Positions 23,531-39,157 of a DNA stretch of 64,000 nt are shown in pieces. Origin of the DNA: Eledone cirrhosa. Taxonomy: Eukaryota. The notes beneath the pieces were generated by a model that had not been told where the DNA came from, ran no database searches, and saw nothing but the letters and a program-made list of their open reading frames with translations. Position 1 is the stretch's first letter; each line of letters opens with the position of its first letter. The stretch covers positions 229,896,001 through 229,960,000 of the forward strand of contig OZ024743.1 of NCBI GenBank assembly GCA_964016885.1, read 5' to 3'. The position numbers and the translations under genes were made by a program.

Positions 23531-24801
23531 GTGTGTGTATGTATGTATGTGTGTGTGTGAGAGAGTGAGTTTGTATATGTGATTATGTATATGTATGTAT
23601 ATAAACAGATAGATACACACACACACACATGCATGAATCTCTTTTCAGAATTTTGAGATGAAGAATTAACATTATTATGAACTGATTTATTCGGACTAGT
23701 GTTCTCATCCTGAATTTTATAACATCATTTCGCTCTGTGTAACCTCCAGCCATCTTTTTGTGTGTCATATTCTCTCAGAATCTTCGAATTTCGAAATAAA
23801 TGCTTTATGTCCACCAGTTTGTTTTTATTCTCTTAGTGCCTTAACTTTGCCTTTCATCCTTACGGGGTCGATAAAATAAAGTACCAGTAAAGCACTGTGT
23901 AATTGCTGGCCTTGTGCCAAATGTAGAAACAATTAATTAATTACCTGAGATAACGCTTGGTGTTTTCACTAATGAAGAGTATGTATAGACAAAGTAACTC
24001 GGAGGATTTAACTTACAACCAGCAAGGAGAGTTACCGACTTAATACGTTTGCTCCAAAATGTTTAGATATATGTCTGGGTCACCAGTAGTGTATTTTGTA
24101 GATCTTTGTTCCTTCTTGATAGTGGGAATTTTATAACATGGGGCAAAAATCACAGGCTGTGATCAAAGCTCATACCAGCATAACATGATCAGGATTAGAA
24201 AGACCATTCAGAATAACACCTATCCTACAAGCATTCCATAAGCTGAGTTATAAAGATTAAAACCATGAGTTAAATCACTGCGTCATTTTGTCAATCCATC
24301 ACACATCTACATATTACACTACACGCGAAGCCTATGGAACTACAGGTTAGCTGGCTGGTTGAAGCTCAGCTTCAGATATGTAATTATCCCTGGCAAAACA
24401 TATGCTTAACACATGACCTATTAGGAACATCGATGGAGCTGACTAAATCTTTCACACATCAAAAGCTTAGAACCATATGTCTTCTGAGTAGTTCTACCAT
24501 AGTTCAACAGCATATAAAGCACCCACAGGTAATATAAAGCACCCACAGGACTATCACCCAAAACTTGGTGTATGCTTCCATCTATCGTGCAACCCCCAGA
24601 CTCTTCCACCTTTCAAACAGAAGTTGATCATTTTGGTTCCCTGCCAAAAATATATTTACAAATGTTGCAGAATACTCTGTTCTGCTGTTTCTGAAATATC
24701 TTAGTGTCTTAGGCTACTCCAAACTAAGAAGGTCATTGGGCCTAAAAATATCTCTTCAAATTCATCAATATCTAGCTCTACATCCCACCAAATATTTCAG
24801 T

Positions 24802-24858
<57 letters not shown>

Positions 24859-26341
24859 ATCTCTCTCACTCTCTCTCTCTACAGAGTCATATACAAACGT
24901 TTGAAAACAAGGTATAGTATAACGCATCTAGCCCCCGCCCCAAAATAGATAAATAAAATCAAAAGTAACACCTTGCTAACTCTGCCAACTACAGTCCGAT
25001 CATACTCACTTCAATCAACTGGAAGTTGATGAAGATAACACACTTCTCCAATAACTTCATTATTTCTCTTTATTTAATCAGTACCGCCAGCAATACATAC
25101 TTACTTTTCTGTGTTATACATCTGCCGGATCTCACTTTATACACATTTGGTGAAAGCTCTGCTGTTGCCGAACATGAACAAAGATTTCGACCATGTCTGA
25201 TATGCAAATCTCCAATTAAAACTGCTTGTTTTTTCCACATCTATCGCTCGTTCTTTGGCTCATCTATGACCAGTCAGATTGAACTATGACATCATGTGCT
25301 GATAGAATTCTTTTTGACCCACACTATCAACTTAGTGTGTACCTATTTTGTTTACGCACCCAACAAGGCTCTTTCTATATATTTACAACCTACTTGTCAT
25401 TACTCCTTGCAATTCCTTTTTCTAAACATATGATACCTCTCGTCTTTCTTCCCTAACCTTCTGCCATATGCCATTACTTTATATAAAGATATCTCCGTGG
25501 ATTCAGCCCACAAAATGATGAAGCTTAGAATTCTATCTTCATTTATTGCTGTTTTATTTTCTGCCGACGATATAATAGTAGCTTCTCATTACAAAGAGAA
25601 AAAAACTGCTTCATATTTTTTTGTGTGGCAAACTTTACCACTATAGAATGAAGGCATTGTCCCTCTCCAATAACTATTTGCAATTACTGATAGATGAAAG
25701 GATGTTTCACTAGAGTATATCATTCAAGGTTTTTATCAAAAGAAATCTTTATATACATATCCTTTATTTTATCCATTAAAACCTAAACAAATTCAAGTGA
25801 AGTAATAGCTATTTTGGTTTGGAACTTGGGCATGTTGCCACTTCAGGGTTTTAGTTAATGGAAACCTTTTAAATACATTAGCAGATTCATGCAAATATCA
25901 GATATGTGTGCCATGCATATTACACAAGCAGTCTGTTAAGTTTATAAAATCTTGCATAATAAACTGCCTATTATTCATAATACATTTTACTGGAATTATT
26001 TGGACTTTTAACTTTTTCAGTGACAAAATTTCACTCATCATCAATTTAATCAAATATCTATTTTTGATATAGTGATATGCATGAAAACCACATTCAAACA
26101 GCAGAACTAAAACATAAATCGTTGAAACTATGGATTTTTTTCTCAGTCAGCAGAAACAATTGCTGAATCGTCGAAGTCACTGTCATCCTTTTCTCCAGGA
26201 AATAAATCTTACATTCTGCTCACATACTGCTCAACCAGTTAATGTTTGAACATCTTAAGTTCACTGATATTTAAAAAAACTCAATTCAGCATGTGTGTGT
26301 ATGTGTGTGTGTCTGTGTGTGTCTATGTGTGTGTGTGTGTG

Positions 26342-26415
<74 letters not shown>

Positions 26416-26970
26416 TGCGCGCGCGTGTGTGTGTTATACATATATAATCTTAATCTTGGATATCTTACAGAGTAGTATTTAAGTAAAAAAATAACTAGAT
26501 TAATATGAAAGTCTCATGTCATTGCCCTTAACATTTTATTTGATTATACGAAATACCTCATAAAAAAATTTATATTTTCATAATAGAATAACATTTTATT
26601 TCATGATTTAAATGGATTTAATTTAAAATATAAAAGCGATAATTGGAGCAATTAATCATTTTTTAAAATTAACGATCTTGATTATTTAAATCGTAAAATT
26701 AATAAATTTGATCTCTCCATTCATATTCTTTTGGCAATGTTGTGGAAATAAACTTAAGTTTCAATTGTATTTATTTAAAATAGTTATACATGCATCTTAT
26801 ATGTAAAAACCTGTTAAATAAAATATACATGTCATCAATTAATGTATCTCATGTAACAAAGTTTAATGTCAAAATTCAACGCAATCTTTATATATTTCTA
26901 AAACTGTTTTACTTTGAATTTTATTGCATTCTTATAGAAGTCTCACTAAAATCACATTAAACTATATATT

Positions 26971-27022
<52 letters not shown>

Positions 27023-27036
27023 CATATATATATTTA

Positions 27037-27072
<36 letters not shown>

Positions 27073-27074
27073 CT

Positions 27075-27413
27075 ACGTAGTTTAGAAAGCCACAACAATG
27101 CAGATGGGAAATCTCGAGGTAGGAAGTGAATGATAGATAGGAGAAATAGGAGAAAGTGAAAATTGAGAGAGACAAAGATGAAAGTTGTGATGTCGTTAAA
27201 ACAGGAATCTGTTAAAACAGAATTCCTGTTTGAACGACATCACAACTTTCTCCGGCTTAGCCTGTTTCCCCCCTTTTTGGAACTTTCCCCCGTTGATGGG
27301 CGTGAGCCCGAAATATTGGGATTAAATCTCCACTACGGTAACCCTTCTACCTTTGTTTTGTTTTCATCTTTGTCTCTCTCAATTTTCACTTTCTCCTTTT
27401 TCTCCTATCTATC

Positions 27414-27415
<2 letters not shown>
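27075..27415. mobile_element. Inverted-repeat element with decayed minimal hammerhead (27286-27321, +)
   Basis: 27132-27183 is the reverse complement of 27362-27412; TCCC-CCGTTGA-T-GGGC gtga GCCC-GAAA-TA-TT-GGGA. Confidence 0.65.
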
Positions 27416-28362
<947 letters not shown>

Positions 28363-28517
28363 CATATATATATACATATATATATACATATATATATATA
28401 TATACATACATATATACATACATATATACATATACATATATACATAAATATATATATATATATACATATATATATACATATATATATACATATATATATA
28501 CATATATATATACATAT

Positions 28518-28568
<51 letters not shown>

Positions 28569-28789
28569 ATCAAAAGATGGTTAAAAGAGTTCCATGTATT
28601 TTATTATGCGCATTTCAAAAACAAATATTATCATGCAATAACATTTCCGTTTTCGTCAGATAAAATAGGGAGACATGATATGAAGGTTAAAACACACTCT
28701 ACAAACTGTAGAGTGCTACTTATCCGATATCTGCATTGCTTTATTGTCCTACAATAAAACTCACCTCCTACATATATATATATATGTAG

Positions 28790-28992
28790 GATGTGAGAAA
28801 AACCACAGACCCTCCATCTCAACTCTACTTTTGAAAAGCAGAAGAACTGCAAAACCGGTAAAGGAACCAAATAAATATATGTATTTTAAAAAAAAATAAG
28901 ACTCCAGTTGCATTTTCGATTTCTTTTTTTCTTTATACTTTCACTCGTGTAGGACACCTCGGTTATTTTTCATTTTGTAAAAAAAAACTCAC

Positions 28993-29000
<8 letters not shown>
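28790..29000 (+). mobile_element. Family D copy (hammerhead 28827-28864, GAAA mutated to AAAA)
   Basis: Reverse-complement homologue of 12063-12290. Confidence 0.75.
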
Positions 29001-29041
<41 letters not shown>

Positions 29042-29048
<7 letters not shown>

Positions 29049-29492
29049 ATACTTTGGGAGGGTCATGTTGCCAATAAGAAACACACGCAGCAGTTGCTTT
29101 GACTTCAATTTATTATATATATATAAATTTATAGTTGATAGAAAAATGAACACAAACACACACAGACACCCGGATGTGGCGCATGCGCAAACTGAGCACA
29201 CAACACACACACAGAAACAAAATGGCGTAGGATAGAAGAAAGGAAAGCACAGAAACGAAGAAAGGAATCCCCAGTCACTGAAGAGGTCACAGAGTGTGTG
29301 ACGAAAGGACTATGACTATATATATAAACAACTATCTGGTTGTGGAACCAACCAACCAACCAGAAATTTATAAGTTTGTAGGTTTGTAAATTTGTAAATT
29401 TATAAATTAATAAATATATAATAAATTGAAGTGAAAGCAACTGGTGCGTGTGTTTCTTATTGGCAACATGACCCTCCCAAAGTATAACAATA
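29042..29492. mobile_element. Inverted-repeat element with internal hammerhead (family H)
   Basis: About 29042-29120 is the reverse complement of about 29414-29492. Confidence 0.75.
29273..29317 (+). ncRNA. Minimal type I hammerhead, family H
   Basis: AGTCA-CTGAAGA-G-GTCAC agagtgt GTGAC-GAAA-GGAC-TA-TGACT. Confidence 0.8.
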
Positions 29493-29547
29493 TCGGTTTC
29501 AACACACGATTTCAGATAAAGAATCTTGCTAAACAAATTCAGAAACG

Positions 29548-29582
<35 letters not shown>

Positions 29583-29856
29583 GCATTTTAAAGGTGTAAT
29601 TTTCATTTTGTTGCTGATGCCACAACTATTGCCTTTCGTTTCTGTGATATACGAGAATTACTACTTACGTGTTATAGAATACATTAGTAGGGATTTTATA
29701 TGGTCTGGTACAATAGGAACACAATGGCCAGGTGACACGCTGAGTTACCGCACTGAAATATACCAACCCTAATGATTCCACGGAGTATGTATATTTTAAG
29801 GAAGCTTTGGCTTTTATGTCCAGTTGGTAGAATAATAAAACCACGTTTATGTAAAT

Positions 29857-30263
29857 TTGGGGTTGGCAACCTACGGCCCGAGAAAGGATTTTGATCGGCC
29901 TGTGAGAACTAATGGCCAATGAGTTGTTTATTTAAAATTTAAATTCATTGTAATATGAGATATGAGACTTTCGTATACAATAAAAGGCCTGCTGTTACAT
30001 TCTTCCACAAATCTTCTGATTCACTACACCTAATGTCCAACCGGATATGAATGCTTTGACAGCAAAAACAGAATTAATAATTCGTCGCATTACTACATTC
30101 ATCTGTGGTTAATACAAATTATTTTAAAGTATATTCAACACTGGTGATTAAATATTAGCTTGTGTAATTTTCGATGATTATTCTTTTATGGCCTTCGTCC
30201 GGCCCGCTGTCCGTCATTAATACTCGATCCGGCCTGTGGAGGCAAAGAAGTTACCGAACCTTG
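29857..30263. mobile_element. hAT (Charlie-like) MITE
   Basis: Decayed TIRs GGGGTTGGCAAC / GTTACCGAACC, subterminal CGGCC motifs and a perfect 8-bp TSD ATGTAAAT (29849-29856, 30264-30271). Confidence 0.85.
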
Positions 30264-31796
30264 ATGTAAATTAACATTTAGGTACAGTTCTCTAATTTAG
30301 AATTAGTTGTTGTATCCCACATTTTCACGGCTCTAGCAGACCTGTATAGAAACAAGCTTCACTATCTTGTTCCTTTTTCAAACATGTCAGGTATTGTTGT
30401 CAATGTCTCAGAGTGTTGGCGTTGTTTACCCATAGATGTGCCTTAGTATAAAAGCCATGTGTTGAAAACCTTCCAGTTTAACTATACCGATTTTCTTTTC
30501 AGTCATAATTTATCCCAGACTACATTACGTAATGTGTTCTTTATAAAGTCAGAAGAGCGTAGTTTGAGGGAGAATGTGCGGATATTCTTTCTAGCATCAA
30601 GCGACTATGTAGAGGCTCCCACGTCAGTTCGCCAGTATCTATATTTATGTTTATGAATGCGTATCTGACAGTGAGTTTGTGATTGAGTTTGTGATTTTGT
30701 CCATGATTGTATTTTGCATGCATGCTTGTGTAATGTGAGTGTGTATGTGTGTGTAAGGGACACTATTTAAATCTTTCATTTCTGAAAAAAGTTCCAGAAA
30801 TATGCATATATATTTCAAGTTGAAATTCATTATATATATATTCATATTGAGATACCTGTGAACTGTTGGATACCACCACCGCCACTACCACTAATACTGA
30901 ATAAAATAGATTAGCTAAAAGAAAACATGATGAATGAATCCCAACGATACACACTGATATCTACGTACACGCGTGCGTGTGCGCATGTCAGTGTGTTCCA
31001 AGATGCATAGACATAAAACAAATACACAAACAAACAATATGTTATTTTTTCCCTGAAAATAGAAGAATATCGTAATACAAGTTTCCATTTCGCAAAATGA
31101 AGAAAGCAATTCCAATTCTGATAATAAAGAGATGATATTTTATAAAAATCCTGTTTGATGCTAAAGCAGAGATCTCAAGGAGCAGTATATAAATAGAGAA
31201 GGAGATGCATTTAAGTAACAATGGATTGTTTGAAATAAAAAAAAAGGACCATGGATTAGAAAAAAAACATGTCTGCTTTAAATGTGTATTTAACCTTTTT
31301 GTAATCTTCTGGGTTATGTTTGAATGCTCTTATCCTGCAAAATTGTATATATTTCATTCTATTTGTCTAAACATTTCTTTACACTTTTGTATGTACCCTT
31401 CCCAGTTGAAGACATTTCCCGACAAGCAATTGTTATATTATCTGATCCTAACAGAAAATAGTAAATTCCAGATATGTTTTTACCATATAAGCCGGGAGAT
31501 GAAGCCAGAATTAAATTGAAATACTGTTGTGATTTAGCATCAAATAAACCTTATATATAAATTTACATATATGGTAAATAGTGGGGCCATCTAATCATGA
31601 TCATTCAGTTTTTGCTTAAGTTTGATTCGAAAGAGTTTTGTATAGTTCCTTCGTTGGTGATAAATGTTAAATTTATTCATTCTCTAAACAAATGAAATTT
31701 TCTACACAAACAAATGTAAAATCCTGTACGACTATGTACAAATTTGGTTGTATATTTCATGTAAAACGTCGTTCAGGCTGAAAATAGGGGATGGTA

Positions 31797-31833
<37 letters not shown>

Positions 31834-31969
31834 GAGAGAGAGATAGAGAGAGAGAACAGGGATGGTGATTTTCAACACAAACCTGTAACAAGTCTATACG
31901 GAATGGGAATGGAAAGAGCGCCTGTGCAATAGTTGTTTTTTTAAAACCCAGATAATTATATTATTTGTT

Positions 31970-32073
<104 letters not shown>

Positions 32074-32429
32074 TTAGAAAGAGAGGTTTTTTTTACAAAA
32101 TGAAAAATAACCGAGGTGTCCTACACGAGTGAAAGTATAAAGAAAAAGAGATGAAATCGAAAATGCAACTGGAGTCTTATTTTTTTTTTAAATATTTTTA
32201 TTTATTTGGTTCCTTTACCGGTTTCGCAGTTCTTCTGCTTTTCAAAAGGTGAGTTGAGATGGAGGGTCTGTGGTTTTTCTCACATCTGACAAAAACCACA
32301 GACCCTCCATCTCAACTCACCCTTTGAAAAGCAGTACAACTGCGAAACCGGTAAAGGAACCAAATAAATGTATATATTAAAAAAAAAAATAAGACTCCAG
32401 TTGCATTTTCGATTTCATCTCTTTTTCTT

Positions 32430-32430
<1 letters not shown>
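32074..32430. mobile_element. Family D inverted pair; hammerheads at 32212-32249 (-) and 32320-32357 (+)
   Basis: Fold-back centred near 32285; the minus copy reads CCTT-TTGAAAA-GCAG aagaa CTGC-GAAA-CCGG-TA-AAGG. Confidence 0.8.
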
Positions 32431-32469
<39 letters not shown>

Positions 32470-32671
32470 CATATACACACACAAATATGATTGAGGAAGG
32501 CGAGGCTGTGTGGTTACTGATAACGAGTGTTGCGCGATATTGCTCGATGTTTTGGCTATAATATGCCGAAACATCTATGATCCGTAGTTAACAGCTGACG
32601 AAGGGAAACTTTCCATCTCTTGTTTGTGTCGCCCTACCTTCTAACACTATATATATATATATAGAGAGAAA

Positions 32672-32769
<98 letters not shown>

Positions 32770-33126
32770 AACAATACAATATAATTACCTCATTACCAGA
32801 GGTTTCCCGAATAAGACGAATACGACAAAGGTCCTCATTCGTTCGTCGGACAAGGCAATTTAAAACGTAGTGAAATATTTGGAAAGTCTCCTCAAGAAAT
32901 GTAAAAAATATATAAATAAAAGTAATGAAAGAGATATATAAAAAAAGTTATAAGGAAATATATTTAGGGTATGTGTATATGTATGTATACACACTCACAA
33001 ATGTACATATGTGTGTATGTACAAATGCATGTGTATACATGTGTATAGATTAAATTTTGCTCTGGTACTTACATAGAGTACTCTTCACTCCTATGACTTT
33101 TTCAATTTTCAACGGAAACTTCAATA

Positions 33127-34170
<1,044 letters not shown>

Positions 34171-34307
34171 ATATATATATATATATACGCCAGCACCAAC
34201 AGTTTTGCTAGAGATGTCAACATGAATGGACCTGTTATTTTTATCTAAAGACATTTTTTCCAATTCCAACCCGCCCGTCCCCTCAATCTATCTTATTTCT
34301 CATTCTT

Positions 34308-34343
34308 TCTTCTGATGAAGGACTAGCGTCCGAAACGTCAATA
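34308..34343 (+). ncRNA. Minimal type I hammerhead, family I
   Basis: TT-CTGATGA-A-GGAC tagc GTCC-GAAA-CG-TC-AA, palindromic ACGT stem III; lies in an about 220-bp island between (TA)n tracts. Confidence 0.75.
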
Positions 34344-34408
34344 CCCTCTTCCTGCTATATCCCTTCCATATACTGTACCGAATGTGTTGTTATTTCTGTT
34401 TACCTTTT

Positions 34409-34489
<81 letters not shown>

Positions 34490-35751
34490 GTATTGTTATA
34501 CTTTGAATAAAACACACATGCACAAGTTGATTTTCACATCAATTTAATATTATAACAATATACGTTTTCACATCAAACATTTTGCAAAAGAAATACAAAA
34601 AACGAATTATTTATGTTTATGTGGCTGTAATCTTGAGCACAGTTTGGCGTTCAGTTTGGGGTATTTGCTGAGTTTAGTAGACTGATTGGAACAATAACGT
34701 TCTTATTTGCGCATATCTATTTGAAAATATACATTTTAAAACCCCAGAAGGCCGAACTAGAAATATTCTTTGAAGTTTTAATGTTTTAATAGAAATACAT
34801 ATAGTGTTCTTGCAATATTATAATTTTAAAGATCTACAGTCCAGTCTTATGCAGCATCCACGGGATTCCACATCTACGACGAATGATTTGCATAATCTTG
34901 AGTGCTTTAATTTACTAACCGGAATGATCAGTTAAATCCATTGGTAAACCACACAACATAACTGGTATGCATATAATGTAGTAATGTATACTGTCAAAAT
35001 GATTATAAATACGTGGTGGTCGTTTTTAATTAAACAGTGGATTTTTTTCCGGCGCCAGCTACTTTAGTTAGTAATACTTCCATTGATAAATTTGACACTG
35101 TCGAGATTTTTCTTGAACTGAAACAAGCGGACGGTTGCAGCAAAATCATGGAGGGCATTACAGATGACTATAGAGGAAATAGTTAATGCAGCGGTGAAAG
35201 CATGGCCTGGCGGGATGTGAATAGGATTCAGGATACAATCGAAAAGGAGTGCGTGACGAACCAGGTCAAAGGAGCAGAGGTGAATCTAATACTGGAAGTA
35301 AAGGCATAATTGAGGTGTGATACCTAACTATCAGCCAGCATCATTGGCGTGAAACTTCATGCCAATCAACCAAGCAGCTTTTTCGGGAGGAATACGATCA
35401 AAGTGTCTGTATGGTAGCAGGCTGGTAAGAGATGGAAGAAAAGTGTTATGTACAAATCAAGAAATAAGACGACTGTGTAAAAGTTGAAATCCTACTGGGA
35501 TAACTATAGCTTTTTGCTTCTTCAGTCATTTATGTTGCGATGTTTGGTTCTGATTCAATTGACTATACCCTTTCCTCACCTATACCTACAAATATTCAAA
35601 GCTAACAAAAATGCTAGGCTTTAATAAATGCTAAAACTTTGTTGTTGATATTCCTAACGCTGCACTAATTGTAATTGGTGTTTGTATTATATTCTCTGTA
35701 GGAAATTTAGCGTTGTGACTAAAGAATTCGCTTTTAATTAAGTGTATGTGC

Positions 35752-35895
35752 CAGACCTGTCAACTCTCCCTGTCTGACTGGCAGATCTCCCCGTTTTTTT
35801 ATCATTTCGCCCGTCTCCCCGTTTTTGTGAAAATAGGTATAAATTTTATTATGTAAATTCTCCCCATTTTGGGGTTTTAAAAGTTAGCAGGTCTG
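35752..35895. mobile_element. Small MITE (hAT-like TIRs)
   Basis: CAGACCTGTCAACT ... AGTTAGCAGGTCTG; no clear TSD. Confidence 0.55.
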
Positions 35896-36799
35896 ATGTG
35901 TAATATATTAGCATTCTGTAAGCCTTTGTTTATGAAACCACCCCAGAAAGTCTCTTTCATTTTATATTTTAAAATGTTAATATCTAAGAACATTTCATCA
36001 TAATTTTATGTAACAGATTTTGGTAAGCAATATTCCTAGCACCAAGTTAATATGAGAGTTATATTATTAAATTCTACGAAATGCTTGATTATTCTCAAGT
36101 TGATTTGAAAATATGGTAATTGGAGATTTAAAGTTAGACTATATTTTTGTTGAGGAAGCCTTTCTGATGAATCTTAACATTTATATGTTATGCCTGAAGT
36201 GCAGTCAAAAACATAGCCAATGAAGAATGTGTTAATATAATAAATGAAATAAGAAGCAAGACAGACATAAATGCCAAATTACAGAGTAAAATGTATAATA
36301 CATTTTAGATAGTTTTCACGGTATTGCTTTGTAACATGCCATACACCTATAATGTTTAAAATGTCGTTAGTTGTGATATTTGTGTTGTTTTAATGTATTT
36401 GTGTTGTTCGTAAAGGTGCAAGTAAATAAATATATACGCAAATATAGGTGATTTCCCAATGCATAACAGACCGCATAAATGATATAATATATATGTTTAT
36501 ATATGTGTATATATACATATTTATACCCCACCCTATATATATATATGTATATATATATATGTATTTATGTATGTATGTTTGTATGTATGTATGTATGCAG
36601 AGACAATTTCTGCAATACAAGTATTTATTCAATTACAGCTTTAGAATGCACGTATTCCCAGTTTCTGTAGCTATACAAATAAGCAAGCTGTCGCAGCTCA
36701 TGCACAACGAACACATCACTGCTATTCATACATACAAACATATATATATATATATATATACCTCATTACACAATGCTTTAAGTGAACTATAACTTCCTC

Positions 36800-36902
<103 letters not shown>

Positions 36903-37063
36903 TATATACATATATACATATATATTTATATATATTTATATGTAAGTATATATATATATGTGTGTGTGTACATATGTGTGTGTGTATATATATATATAGA
37001 GAGAGAGAGAACGAGTGAGAGAGAGACAGAGAGAAACAGAGAGAGATAGAGATAGATAGAGAC

Positions 37064-37140
<77 letters not shown>

Positions 37141-37601
37141 CATATGTCTACATCAATATATACATTTATACAAACATAACATGCCATACACCTATATTTA
37201 TAGAAACATCATGGCAAGAGCAAAAGCCAACAAAGGTGAGCAAATGAAGTGTTTCTATAGTAGAGAAGCCATTGAAATATTCTTTATAAGTTTATTAAAA
37301 TAGTACGTTATTGAAATAAGCATTGAGTCAATGTGGGCTAAAAAAACTCATGAAAAATAAACAAAAGCCCAAATATAAATATATCAACATCAATATTGTC
37401 AATACATTTTTGCTTATTTCCACATATTTGGTGTACAATCTTCTTTTTTCCTATATTTATTATATAGCTTACTTTCTATTTTCCTCTCTCTTTTCTCAGT
37501 GTATTTGTGTTATTGTTTTTCTAGATTTTCTCAAACAATATAGAGAAAACCAGTAGAAATCATAAGGATTTGGTAGGCTACAGAGATATTTTTGTTTTGT
37601 A

Positions 37602-37656
<55 letters not shown>

Positions 37657-37761
37657 CTCTATTTCTATTACTCTTTGTATTCCTCGCTGTCTCCTGTTGT
37701 CTTTTACTCTCTCTCGACCACATTCAGTAAGTATATATATATATAGATTTATATTTACACC

Positions 37762-37816
<55 letters not shown>

Positions 37817-37899
37817 TACACGCACACACATATATAACATTTTTGTTTATGTGTAGACACACGCACACACGCACAAACACACGTATATATATATATTTA

Positions 37900-38396
37900 T
37901 AATACGAAACGAAAGGAGCTGTGTGGTTACTAAAAACAAGGTTTAGGATGGTGGTTAGGACGGAACAAGAGGAGAAATGAAGAAAGAATCATTCGTCAGC
38001 TGGAAAACCGCGATTCAGAAGTTTCGGCGCTTATTTATAGGCCATCTGTAGCGATCGTGGGCGCCCGAGGCCTTTTCTTAATTAAAAGGCCAGGAGGAAA
38101 AGAAGAGAAAAGGAGAGAAAAAAAGAAGGAAAAAGAGGGAAAAGAGGAAGAAGAACAAAGGGGGAAATGTGGCGAGGAGAGAGGAAGAAAGGGAAAAGGG
38201 AAAAAAGGAGAAAGAAACAGGTGAACAGATCCTATCTGGGGAAAAATAGGAAAAAGAAACAAGCAAATGAGTAACCGTGAAAACATAGGATAAATAAGTT
38301 ATAGCTATCCTGATAGACTTAAGCCTGGTGGTGTGCGCTAACTAGAAGACGGTATTAATCGTGTTGACTCTCTCGTAGACGAGAGAGATAGAAAGT

Positions 38397-38458
<62 letters not shown>

Positions 38459-38815
38459 CGAGCAACCGGAAGTGATAGGGAGAAGGGAAAGGAAGATAAT
38501 CCAAAAGGGTTTTTTTTGACGGTGGTTAAATGCGTCGTAAAAGATTGCGAACAGAGGAGTTTTTACGACACGTGTGAACATGTCAACAATCAAAACCGAA
38601 CGGATGGATAGAGAGAGGGAGAGAGAAAGAAAAAAGAGAGAGAGAGGAGGAGAAGGGAAGAGAGAAGGGGGGAGTCGATGTGAAAGTGTGGTAGGAACAC
38701 AGATCGAACAAAGCAGGTAGAGGGGAGTCACAACAGTAAATACAAAATGATACGAAACGAAAGGAGCTGTGTGGTTACTAAAAACAAGGTTAGGCTGGAG
38801 GTTAGGACGGAACAT
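37900..38815. repeat. Element with about 60-bp terminal direct repeat (about 847 bp apart) between TA tracts, PLE pseudo-LTR-like
   Basis: ATACGAAACGAAAGGAGCTGTGTGGTTACTAAAAACAAGGTT at about 37902 and about 38749. Confidence 0.55.
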
Positions 38816-38919
38816 ATATAAACATATATTCAATTAGAGAAAGCTGGTTGACTGAAAATCAGCCGACTTTTACATAACAGATGTCAAGCACTCAACAGTT
38901 TATGTTTATCCGGAGAGTT

Positions 38920-39157
38920 ATTATAATAACAAACAAGACGGTTACGTTACTCCATCCCTATTATATATGCTGCCCAGTCGCCGAAGTAAATAACTCGTGT
39001 GACCGCTTGCATATCAACTAATATTTACATCACCTGTGGATTTTATCTGTAGAGAATATGTTGACTGATGTTAAACAAAGGCCATATATCTTTCAAAATA
39101 CGTAACTTATAATATAATAAATAGGGATGGACTAACGTAACCGTCTTGTTTATTATA
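38920..39157. repeat. Inverted-repeat element
   Basis: AAACAAGACGGTTACGTTACTCCATCCCTATT has its near-perfect reverse complement at about 39120-39151. Confidence 0.65.

Noticed and set aside
24000-25650. Possible decayed transposase or host exons
   Set aside because: Higher-complexity sequence, but no recognisable motif in any frame.
38837-38872. Hairpin containing CTGAAAA as a possible hammerhead
   Set aside because: No downstream stem II, GAAA and stem III in register.
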